Source: Candidatus Latescibacterota bacterium
GTDB taxonomy: Bacteria; Latescibacterota; UBA2968
Assembly: GCA_965116885.1 (NCBI GenBank)
Contig: OZ220741.1
Location: forward strand, 64,001 to 128,000
Direction of reading: 5' to 3'
Length of the DNA stretch: 64,000 bases
The position numbers were made by a program, and so were the translations under genes. The notes under the pieces are model-generated. The model was not told where the DNA came from. It was given only the letters and a program-made list of their open reading frames with translations, and did not search any database. This document shows positions 18,460 through 26,975 of this stretch, in pieces. Position 1 is the stretch's first letter, and every line of letters starts with the position of its first letter.

Positions 18460-18639
18460 ATGGCAACACGACGCAAGTTGACTTTGGTCAATGGAACAAT
18501 AGATCAAGAAGGTAGCATTCTTATGTATCAGACTGTAAAGAGTGTTGAGGTTCACTGCTCCCCTTATTCTTTTTCCGTTCCCCTCGTGCCTTTCCCTGAT
18601 GATGACGACGATTGGGACGATTTTGATCAAGCTGAATAA
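18460..18639 (+). CDS. Putative RiPP precursor peptide (59 aa)
   Basis: AAGGAGG RBS; MATRRKLTLVNGTIDQEGSILMYQTVKSVEVHCSPYSFSVPLVPFPDDDDDWDDFDQAE; lies directly upstream of an RRE-containing radical SAM gene. Confidence 0.75.
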   Translation: MATRRKLTLVNGTIDQEGSILMYQTVKSVEVHCSPYSFSVPLVPFPDDDDDWDDFDQAE

Positions 18640-18665
18640 ATCATCTCTATTTTGAGGAGTGTACT

Positions 18666-20096
18666 ATGCTATGCATTCAGAAATGCGACATGCATCTTTT
18701 TGAAACCGAGGAGCAAAAACAGCCGATTGTCTATCAGGTTGAGACCGGTCTGTTTTTTGAACTGGACACCCTTTTCCAGTCAATTTTAGAGTGTTGTGAG
18801 GGCTTGTCTGCTTCACAGGTTGTTCAAGTATTGGTTGATCAATACGAGGCAGAAGAAATTGCTCAGGCTATCGGGGAATTGGCGCAGGTGGGTTTGATTG
18901 CTGATGGCGCACTACCTGTAGTAGCCAATGTACCGACAACAGAAGGGGTAGCTGCCTGTGGCGTGTCGCAGACAGATCGTTTGCAGGTGTCGTTGCACAT
19001 TTCGCATACATGTAATATTCAATGTGCTTATTGCTTTGCTCACGGTGGAGATTATGGCGGTAAGGCCATGCTGATGCAACCAGATGTTGCCGAGCAAGCC
19101 ATACGCTGGATCGTCACTGAAGCTCAGGGGTTTGGGCGGTGCCAGATTGATTTTTTTGGCGGGGAGCCGCTTCTGAATTTTCCGCTGTTGCAGAAGCTCG
19201 TTCCATTTGCCAAATCCCTGGGCGCGCGATTGGATGTACAGGTTGGTTTTGGTATTGTGACCAATGGCACGCTGTTGACCGACGAGATGAAGCAATTTTT
19301 GGTCGATGAAAAGTTTCAAATTAAGGTTAGCCTGGATGGTGGGCGCAAGACACAGGATCGCATTCGCAAGTTTCACAATGGTTCCGGGACTTATGATGTT
19401 GTGGCAAAGAATGTAAAGAAATTGGCTGCTGAGGCACCTGAGCGCGTGTATTTGCAGGCTGTTATGACAGCTTATGATATGGATGAAGATCAGATTGCCA
19501 ATGCGTTGCGCTCGCTGGGTACTGATAACGCGCTTGTTGATCCGGCTGTTGTTTCACCGGATGCGCCCTATGCGATTCGGGAAGAACACATACCCGTTTT
19601 GAAGCAGCAAATTCACAAGCGGAGTAGGCGTGCGCTCAAAGCCATTCTAAATGGTGAAGAGAATGAGGAGTTTGATCCGCGGATTCAGAAACTGTTGACG
19701 CGACAAAAATCCTGTCATGGATGCCTGGGTGGTAAGCAGTATCTGGCTGTTGCAGCGGATGGGGCGATTTATTTTTGTTCGAGCTTGGCCGATGCGCCTG
19801 AGTTTAAGATGGGTGATGTGTTTGCGGGTATTGATCGCGAAAAACAGCAGCATTTTGACGCGCAGTTCAATGTCAACAATCGGCCTGAGTGCAAGACCTG
19901 CTGGGCGCGCAACCTGTGTGGTGGTGGGTGTCTTTGGGAGGCGCGGACGACGACGGGTGATCCGATGTATCCCAACCCTGTTGCTTGTGAGCAGACGCGC
20001 TATCGCTATGAACTGGCGATGGAGATGTGTATGGAAATTTCAGAGGCAGATGGTTCTTTGTTGCAACGACGTTATGATCTGGAAGTGGCATCATAA
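18666..20096 (+). CDS. RRE (PqqD-like) - radical SAM - SPASM peptide maturase, ranthipeptide (CteB/QhpD-like) type
   Basis: N-terminal three-strand plus winged-helix RRE pattern; CNIQCAYC; FFGGEPLLN; TNGTLL; SLDG; SPASM CHGC...YFC...CKTCWARNLCGGGC...C; GAGGAG RBS. Confidence 0.92.
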   Translation: MLCIQKCDMHLFETEEQKQPIVYQVETGLFFELDTLFQSILECCEGLSASQVVQVLVDQYEAEEIAQAIGELAQVGLIADGALPVVANVPTTEGVAACGVSQTDRLQVSLHISHTCNIQCAYCFAHGGDYGGKAMLMQPDVAEQAIRWIVTEAQGFGRCQIDFFGGEPLLNFPLLQKLVPFAKSLGARLDVQVGFGIVTNGTLLTDEMKQFLVDEKFQIKVSLDGGRKTQDRIRKFHNGSGTYDVVAKNVKKLAAEAPERVYLQAVMTAYDMDEDQIANALRSLGTDNALVDPAVVSPDAPYAIREEHIPVLKQQIHKRSRRALKAILNGEENEEFDPRIQKLLTRQKSCHGCLGGKQYLAVAADGAIYFCSSLADAPEFKMGDVFAGIDREKQQHFDAQFNVNNRPECKTCWARNLCGGGCLWEARTTTGDPMYPNPVACEQTRYRYELAMEMCMEISEADGSLLQRRYDLEVAS

Positions 20097-20128
20097 GCAG
20101 AATTGACTGTATATTGAGTACTTGCTTA

Positions 20129-20183
20129 AAAACGACATCCAAATGGGGAGCACTCTATTAGATGCCGTTTATTTTGCTTTTTT
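20129..20183 (+). terminator. Putative terminator after the radical SAM gene
   Basis: Imperfect long hairpin AAACGACATC...GATGCCGTTT followed by a T-rich tract. Confidence 0.45.
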
Positions 20184-20206
20184 GGGTGGGCGACAGATTG
20201 TCGGTG

Positions 20207-21199
20207 ATGGGAAAAATATACCAATCAAAAAAATCCGGTCTCTATAAATGGCCGCTCATTGGACAGCATTCCTCACTCTTAGACGTGCAAAAGCGCGCGT
20301 ACCGCGTGGCGAATAGCGAATTGCCCGTCAACATCAATGGTGAGACTGGCACGGGTAAGGAATTGCTCGCCCGTTATGTTCATGGGATTAGCCACCGCAA
20401 CAAGGGACCATTTGTAACCGTTGACTGCGGCATACTCTCTTCTGAAATGTCGCGCAGCGAGTTATTTGGACATGTTCGAGGTGCTTTTACCGGTGCCAGT
20501 GAAACGCGCACCGGACTGGTTGAATCTGCCCACGGCGGTACGCTATTCCTCGATGAAGTGGGCGAATTGCCAGCCAATCTTCAGTTGCAATTGCTACGCC
20601 TGGTACAGGAGCAGGAATTTCGCCGCGTAGGCGAAGCATCCATGCGCCGATCTGACGTGCGCCTGGTCACTGCGACACACTGCAACTTGCGAAAAATGGT
20701 GCGAAAAGGAACTTTCCGAGAAGATCTCTATTACCGCTTAAATGTCGTACCCCTGCATTTGCCACCCCTGCGGAAGCGACTGAGCGACTTACCTCTTCTG
20801 GTCACACATTTTTACAAGAACATGAACGGATACACCCGCGCGTTTTCCCCCGAAGTCATTCAAAGGATGTCGCGTTATGCATGGCCCGGCAATGTTCGGG
20901 AACTACAACACGAAGTCGCCCGATTGATGGTCATGGCCGAAGGTAAAATTATCCGCGTATCCGATCTGCACCCTCGCATTCGAGGGGCAAAGGCCGAGGT
21001 CGATGTATTTGACCTCCCCTTTAAGGAAGCCAGACAGCTGGCGAACAGCCGGTTTATGCGAGAGTATCTTCACAGAGCTTTGCAGCGAACACAGGGCAAT
21101 GTAACCCAGGCAGCGCGAGAATGCGGGATTGGCCGACAATATTTCCAATTGCGTATGTCTGAACACGGTCTAAAGTCGGCATCTTACAAACAAAAATAA
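20207..21199 (+). CDS. Sigma-54 enhancer-binding protein with no N-terminal sensor domain (PspF/HrpR-like architecture)
   Basis: AAA+ core starts about 15 aa in; GETGTGKE, ELFGHVRGAFTGA, FREDLYYRL, WPGNVREL, HTH GNVTQAARECGIGR. Confidence 0.9.
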   Translation: MGKIYQSKKSGLYKWPLIGQHSSLLDVQKRAYRVANSELPVNINGETGTGKELLARYVHGISHRNKGPFVTVDCGILSSEMSRSELFGHVRGAFTGASETRTGLVESAHGGTLFLDEVGELPANLQLQLLRLVQEQEFRRVGEASMRRSDVRLVTATHCNLRKMVRKGTFREDLYYRLNVVPLHLPPLRKRLSDLPLLVTHFYKNMNGYTRAFSPEVIQRMSRYAWPGNVRELQHEVARLMVMAEGKIIRVSDLHPRIRGAKAEVDVFDLPFKEARQLANSRFMREYLHRALQRTQGNVTQAARECGIGRQYFQLRMSEHGLKSASYKQK

Positions 21200-21216
21200 T
21201 ACCTCACGGTGTACCC

Positions 21217-21251
21217 AAAAAACGTCAATGGAAAAACCCATTGACGTTTTT
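21217..21251. terminator. Bidirectional intrinsic terminator
   Basis: AAAAAACGTCAATGG / CCATTGACGTTTTT inverted repeat. Confidence 0.75.
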
Positions 21252-21278
21252 CCTTGCAGGGTGTTTCTTGAGCGTATC

Positions 21279-24200
21279 ATGCAATACATCGCCGACATAC
21301 ACCTGCACTCGCGTTTTGCCCGCGCAACCAGCAAGACCCTGAACCCCGAAAACCTGTATCGGTGGAGCCTCATCAAAGGTCTGACCGTGGTAGGCACCGG
21401 AGATTTCACCCATCCGGTATGGTTTGAAGAACTGCGCGATCAACTCGAACCCGCCGAAGAAGGGTTATATCAACTGCGCCCAGACCTCAGGCGAGGTATC
21501 GACGCCGAGTTACCACAAGCCTGCCGCGGACAAATGCGATTTGTGCTCTCGGTCGAAATCAGCCTCATCTACAAAAAAAACGACAAAACGAGAAAAATAC
21601 ATCACGTCGTCACAATGCCGAGTTTTGACGCTGTGGCGCGCTTGAATGCCCGACTCGGCGCAATAGGCAATCTGAAATCCGACGGACGCCCCATCCTCGG
21701 CCTGGACAGCCGGGACCTGGTAGAAATTTGTCTGGAAGCGTGTGACGAGGTACTCTTTATACCCGCCCACATCTGGACCCCTCACTTCGCGGTCCTCGGC
21801 GCGAGTTCTGGATTCGACACCCTCGAAGAATGTTTTGAAGACATGCTCCCCCACATCTTCGCCGTAGAAACCGGCCTGTCTTCCGATCCGCCGATGAACT
21901 GGCGCCTATCCATGCTGGACAACTACGCAATCGTCTCCAATTCCGATGCACATTCCCCGCAAAAACTCGCCCGCGAAGCCACCTGCTTTAACACCGAATT
22001 ATCCTTTCGAGGAATGTATGACGCATTAAAAGACCGCGATCCAACGCGCTTCACCGGCACCCTGGAATTTTATCCCGAAGAAGGCAAATATCACTTTGAC
22101 GGACATCGAAAATGCGATATATGCTGGAAACCCGTACAAACCCTCGAAGCAGACGGGATCTGTCCGGTATGTAATCGCAAATTGACCGTTGGCGTACTCC
22201 ACCGCGTTGAAAAACTCGCAGACCGCGCAGAAGGCGACCGCCCCAACGTGGCGATGCCCTTTGAAAATCTGATCCCACTGCCAGAAATCATCGGTTCAGT
22301 CCTCCAGGTGGGACCGACCAGCAAACGCGTACAATCCGTGTACGAACAAATGCTCGCAACACATGGGGCAGAGCTGAAAATCTTGCGCGAACTGCCCATC
22401 GAAGAAATCGCAAAAACAGGAGACCCCCTCATCGCCGAAGGCATTCGACGCATGCGCGAAGGCACAGTTCACATAGACCCGGGATACGACGGCGTGTACG
22501 GCAAAATTCAAGTCTTCTCCGACGAAGACCGCGCACGCCTGAGCGGACAGGAATCGCTGTTTCACATACCAGTCTCAGAGCCTTCGAAAGAGAAAGAAGA
22601 GAAAGCAAGCCTGGACAAGAGCACAGAAACCGAGATCGTCAGAGATTCTCCCTTCACACTTCCCACTTCTCACTTCACACTTCTCGATCCCCACCAGCAA
22701 GCAGCCGTAACAACAGAAAAAGGTCCCGTCATCGTAACAGCGGGACCTGGCACCGGAAAAACCAGGGTACTCACCCATCGCGTAATCGACCTGATCCAGA
22801 ACCGCGGCGTATCGCCCGCTTCTGTAATGGCCGTAACATTCACCAACCGCGCCGCAACTGAAATGTGGGAACGCATCGTATCACTATCCTCGGGAGGAGA
22901 AGAACTGGTACCCATGCGCGTGGGCACATTCCACCGCCTATCACTGGACCTCCTGCGAGAATACGCCCCCGAGCGACTGGGCGCAATAGCCGACCGCGGA
23001 GAAGCCCGTGCCCTCTTGCAAGAAGTAATCGCCGACATCGACACCGAAATACCGATTGATGACGCCCTCTCTCAGATCTCCCTGTACAAAGCCTGTGCTG
23101 AAGATCAAGACATCATTTCCCCCGAACTCCAAACCATTTATACAAATTATCAACACCGCCTCACCACGTATGGACTGATGGACTTTGACGACATCTTGCT
23201 CATACTCCACGATGTACTCTGCGGCGATATATTGCGGACAGTGCAAGCGCGTTTTTCCCATGTACTCGTCGATGAATTTCAAGACGTCAACGCCGTACAA
23301 TACGCACTAATTCAAAAACTGGCTGGGGATGGTTCCGGTCTATTCGTCATCGGCGATCCCGATCAAGCTATCTACGGTTTTCGAGGCGCGAGCGCAGAAT
23401 ATTTTGCACAGTTAAAATCGGACTTTCCCGAAACAAACGAAGTCATATTGCAGCACACATTTCGCTCCACACCTCAGATTATCTCCGCAGCATCCAGCCT
23501 GCTTGGCGAGCGATCGTACGATCCCGTACGAGAAAATGGTCCTAATCTAAGAATACTATCCACACCCGGCGAAACAGGCGAAGGCATCGCCATCGTAGAA
23601 GAAATCTCCCGGATGGTCGGCGGCGCAGACTTATTGCAAGCCAACGAAGAAGGCAAACGCAGCCTGGACGACTTTGCCGTATTGTTCCGCACCGGACGCC
23701 AGGCAGACGCCCTGGAAGCGTGCTTCTTACAGGCCGGGATCCCCTATCGCGTCGTCGGACAGAAAAATTATCTGGACGCGGCCTCGGTACAGCATGCACT
23801 ATCGTTTTTTAAGTGCCTCCTGAAGGACAACATTTCCAGCACCCCAACCACCAGAGATATAACCGACCTCCTCTCCATCCCCGCATTTGACCCTGGCCGA
23901 GAAGCCCGCGCATCAATACGCCAGCAAATACAAAACAACACACTATCAGACACTGTACAGGAAAAATTGGACACCGCGATAGAAGCTGTAGATCGCTTCC
24001 GCAATGAAACATCCCACCTATCGCCTTCCGAACGCATAGCAAAGTGGGCAGAAGAATTTGCGACATCAGACGACATCGACATCGAACGACTGGGCCTATT
24101 AGCTCAAGGCGTGGATTCCATCGCAGAGCTATTGGAAATCATCACCCTCGGACAAGATGGCGACTTTGTACGTCGTGGAAAAATTGCGCGGCCCGAAGCC

Positions 24201-24509
24201 GTCACGCTCATGACCTTGCATGCGTCCAAGGGCCTGGAGTTTCCCGTAGTATTTATCAGCGGAGTTGAGGAAGGATTGATACCGCATGCCGAAGCGAATA
24301 TCGAAGAAGAGAAACGCCTATTTTTCGTCGGCATAACCCGCGGACAAGACGAAGTAATCTTAACCCGCGCCCGAAGCCGCAGACGCTTTGGCGAACGCAT
24401 CGCACCCAAAATATCGCGCTTTGTGACCGACATCCCCGAAGAAGTGATCGAATTTGTCGATCTGCGAACCGAAAGACGCAAGCCCGCCGAACAATTATCC
24501 CTATTTTAA
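21279..24509 (+). CDS. EndoQ/YqxK-type PHP nuclease fused to a UvrD/PcrA SF1 helicase
   Basis: ADIHLHSRF, GTGDFTHP, PAHIWTP, NSDAHS, GKYHFDGHRKC..C, CPVC; then AGPGTGKT, TFTNRAA, VDEFQD, GDPDQAIYGFRGA, TLHASKGLEF, EEKRLFFVGITR. Confidence 0.92.
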   Translation: MQYIADIHLHSRFARATSKTLNPENLYRWSLIKGLTVVGTGDFTHPVWFEELRDQLEPAEEGLYQLRPDLRRGIDAELPQACRGQMRFVLSVEISLIYKKNDKTRKIHHVVTMPSFDAVARLNARLGAIGNLKSDGRPILGLDSRDLVEICLEACDEVLFIPAHIWTPHFAVLGASSGFDTLEECFEDMLPHIFAVETGLSSDPPMNWRLSMLDNYAIVSNSDAHSPQKLAREATCFNTELSFRGMYDALKDRDPTRFTGTLEFYPEEGKYHFDGHRKCDICWKPVQTLEADGICPVCNRKLTVGVLHRVEKLADRAEGDRPNVAMPFENLIPLPEIIGSVLQVGPTSKRVQSVYEQMLATHGAELKILRELPIEEIAKTGDPLIAEGIRRMREGTVHIDPGYDGVYGKIQVFSDEDRARLSGQESLFHIPVSEPSKEKEEKASLDKSTETEIVRDSPFTLPTSHFTLLDPHQQAAVTTEKGPVIVTAGPGTGKTRVLTHRVIDLIQNRGVSPASVMAVTFTNRAATEMWERIVSLSSGGEELVPMRVGTFHRLSLDLLREYAPERLGAIADRGEARALLQEVIADIDTEIPIDDALSQISLYKACAEDQDIISPELQTIYTNYQHRLTTYGLMDFDDILLILHDVLCGDILRTVQARFSHVLVDEFQDVNAVQYALIQKLAGDGSGLFVIGDPDQAIYGFRGASAEYFAQLKSDFPETNEVILQHTFRSTPQIISAASSLLGERSYDPVRENGPNLRILSTPGETGEGIAIVEEISRMVGGADLLQANEEGKRSLDDFAVLFRTGRQADALEACFLQAGIPYRVVGQKNYLDAASVQHALSFFKCLLKDNISSTPTTRDITDLLSIPAFDPGREARASIRQQIQNNTLSDTVQEKLDTAIEAVDRFRNETSHLSPSERIAKWAEEFATSDDIDIERLGLLAQGVDSIAELLEIITLGQDGDFVRRGKIARPEAVTLMTLHASKGLEFPVVFISGVEEGLIPHAEANIEEEKRLFFVGITRGQDEVILTRARSRRRFGERIAPKISRFVTDIPEEVIEFVDLRTERRKPAEQLSLF
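22646..22687 (+). repeat. Degenerate heptamer tandem repeat in the interdomain linker
   Basis: ttctccc ttcacac ttcccac ttctcac ttcacac ttctcga. Confidence 0.65.
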
Positions 24510-25811
24510 AACACCGAGCATCTCGTGTACAGCGTTGTGAATGCGGTCTTCTGTATCTTCAAGGAAGGGACCCGTGCGTTTCCAGTGTTGCTGATTAAAC
24601 CAGACCTCGTAACCCCCTTCTGGAATCTGCCGTTTGACGGGAATATAACCCACGATGTCATTCGTATAAGCCGCCACCAGAAGATTGTCAAAATAAGGCC
24701 CCAGTTCTCTTTTTAAACGCAACCCGTGCTCCACATTCATCTCCGCGGCAAGCCCGACTATTGCCAGCGCATCGCCAAAACGCACGGTCTGGATCTCAAA
24801 CGGAAAACTGGTCACAACGGGAATATTGTTTTCAACGCTCTCGAACAAATGTCGCGCCCATGCCCGCACATAATCCGAACCGGCGTCCAGACTGGCCTTA
24901 ACCAGATCCATATCGATGGGTTCGGTCTCTATACTGAGAATGGTCTGCGCAATAGAAATCGGACCGCTTATGGGCTGCAGGTCTTGCGAAGCGAGTACCC
25001 GGGCAACGGACTCACCCAATTCGACGCCAATATCGCGGATCTCATCAACCTCCCGCGGAACAAAAACATTTGACATCGGATCAACGGGCTTCGTCTTCTG
25101 ATCTCCGGCACAACCCTGCAAAAAACAAGTCTCGACATCGGGATACACCGCTTCGATATGATCATAAGCAAAACACACGTAATCCCCCCCAATAAGCGTC
25201 CCGCTACGGCTGGTGGGATGACAGGCGTAAGAAAAAATAACACACCGCAACTCGCCTTCGGGAGATTCCACCGCAATAACTGGAACATCGTGGTCGTGAG
25301 GCGCTTCCAAAGAGGGCACCCACGCCACACCGCCTTTCCCATCTGGCTTGCGACGAGATCTCGCAATATCACAACTCCCCGTACCAAAACGAAGGCGCGC
25401 AGGAGACCGGTCTTCCCAGGCTATTTTTGCACAGCGCGCGACATTTTCAAAAAGATCTTCGAGATAATCGTCATCCAGTTCCCCGTGCCGCTCCCTATCC
25501 ATCTCCCGGATACAGGGACCGCAATGCGTATGCGAACCATTCAGAATAATATGCACCGGATCAATACCCGTAACCGCGTTAATCCTGCTTCTCACCTCCT
25601 CAGTCCGCTCGTAAAACCCCAGAATCTCGGCACCCACGATAAGCAGCGGTGTCAGCCCGTCGTCTATCGCAACCGCCGTAGCCTTCAAAGGGTGATAAAC
25701 CTCAGTAGAAGGCTCTTGCCGCGCCGCGAACCCGGCCAGATAAATTCCCACGGACGGGGTAATATCGACCGTGCTAACGCCGACTTGATAGGTATGATTG
25801 GACGATGACAT
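24501..25811 (-). CDS. Neutral/alkaline ceramidase-like hydrolase
   Basis: VDITP..G..LAGF..R, SHTHCGP, YACHPT, FLQGCAGDQ, GYIP...EGGYE. Confidence 0.8.
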   Translation of the reverse strand: MSSSNHTYQVGVSTVDITPSVGIYLAGFAARQEPSTEVYHPLKATAVAIDDGLTPLLIVGAEILGFYERTEEVRSRINAVTGIDPVHIILNGSHTHCGPCIREMDRERHGELDDDYLEDLFENVARCAKIAWEDRSPARLRFGTGSCDIARSRRKPDGKGGVAWVPSLEAPHDHDVPVIAVESPEGELRCVIFSYACHPTSRSGTLIGGDYVCFAYDHIEAVYPDVETCFLQGCAGDQKTKPVDPMSNVFVPREVDEIRDIGVELGESVARVLASQDLQPISGPISIAQTILSIETEPIDMDLVKASLDAGSDYVRAWARHLFESVENNIPVVTSFPFEIQTVRFGDALAIVGLAAEMNVEHGLRLKRELGPYFDNLLVAAYTNDIVGYIPVKRQIPEGGYEVWFNQQHWKRTGPFLEDTEDRIHNAVHEMLGVLK

Positions 25812-25823
25812 GACATATATTCC

Positions 25824-26957
25824 TTATAAAAATCGCGTAATTTGATACGCATCTATCTCTGTTTCGGGATCTTTCTCCAAAACCAGATCCGCAATGAGCT
25901 TGCCACTATAGGGACCGAGTTGCAAGCCCGTGGGACCGTGTCCGGTTGCGAGATAAATATTTTGAATATTGGGAACCGAACCGAGAACTGGCAAATGGTC
26001 CTCCGTGTACGGACGCAGCCCAACCCGAATCTCGCGGACCTCAGCCTGCGCCAGACCCGGCGCAACCCGCAGGGCCTCTGCCAGAACCTCGAGCACCCCC
26101 GCGGCAGTGGTGCGCGCCTCAAAACCCGATCCCGTCTCCCGCGTTGCCCCCACAACCACGCGGCCATCCGGCCAGGGAACCATGTAATGACCCCGCACAG
26201 CACTGATAATGGGCCATGACGACGTATCCGTATCACCCAGACCCAGATGGATAATCTGACCGCGCTGAGGCTCAACCGGAATATGAACACCGAGCTGATC
26301 CCCAAACCCCTGCGACCATGCCCCACCCGCGATCACAACCTTACCGGCGGAGATCGTTTCTCCATCTGTAATAACGCCCGTAACCGAATCATCCCGGATC
26401 AATAGTTGTTCAACCCCGGCGTGTTTGACCGCCAGCCCCTTCGCTTCGGCAGCCCTATGCAGAGCAGCCGATAGCAGCCGACCATCCACGCGGGCGGCAT
26501 CGCGGTAGAAAATCGCACCGCGCACATCCCCCAAAGCGGGAAAACGCCTGCGCGCCTCGTCCGAGGAAATCTCGTACAAATCCTCCTCAGCCGGTTCACC
26601 GCGTTGATCCCGGCGATTAAAAATGTGCTGCCGCGCAATAGCAAAGGACTCTATTTCATCGTACGAAACAGCGACCAGCATCATACCACAAGTTGCAAAA
26701 CCCGTATCTCCATCCTGTTCCGCCTGCAAATTATCCACCAATTGTGGATAATATTCAGAAGCAAACGCAGCAAGACGCAGCCAGGGATCCGGATCGCGGG
26801 TATTGGTAGCAGGCGAAAGAATACCCGCACCAGCATCCGTAGCGCGCCCAGCATCTCTCCGATCAACGAGCAGAGTCTTTGCACCGTCGCACACCAGATG
26901 ATACGCAGCAGAAATCCCGACAACACCACCGCCGATAACAATAGCGTCATAACTCAT
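25824..26957 (-). CDS. FAD-dependent oxidoreductase (DadA/glycine oxidase family)
   Basis: IGGGVVGISAAYHL, ATDAGAGI, PQRGQ, GLRP, ATGHG..GL..GP. Confidence 0.9.
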   Translation of the reverse strand: MSYDAIVIGGGVVGISAAYHLVCDGAKTLLVDRRDAGRATDAGAGILSPATNTRDPDPWLRLAAFASEYYPQLVDNLQAEQDGDTGFATCGMMLVAVSYDEIESFAIARQHIFNRRDQRGEPAEEDLYEISSDEARRRFPALGDVRGAIFYRDAARVDGRLLSAALHRAAEAKGLAVKHAGVEQLLIRDDSVTGVITDGETISAGKVVIAGGAWSQGFGDQLGVHIPVEPQRGQIIHLGLGDTDTSSWPIISAVRGHYMVPWPDGRVVVGATRETGSGFEARTTAAGVLEVLAEALRVAPGLAQAEVREIRVGLRPYTEDHLPVLGSVPNIQNIYLATGHGPTGLQLGPYSGKLIADLVLEKDPETEIDAYQITRFL

Positions 26958-26975
26958 TTTTTATCTCTTTCCGTA

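Noticed and set aside
18666..20096. Calling the radical SAM enzyme an anaerobic sulfatase maturase or QhpD
   Set aside because: It has an N-terminal RRE and an adjacent peptide, and no sulfatase or qhpA/B genes are in the window.
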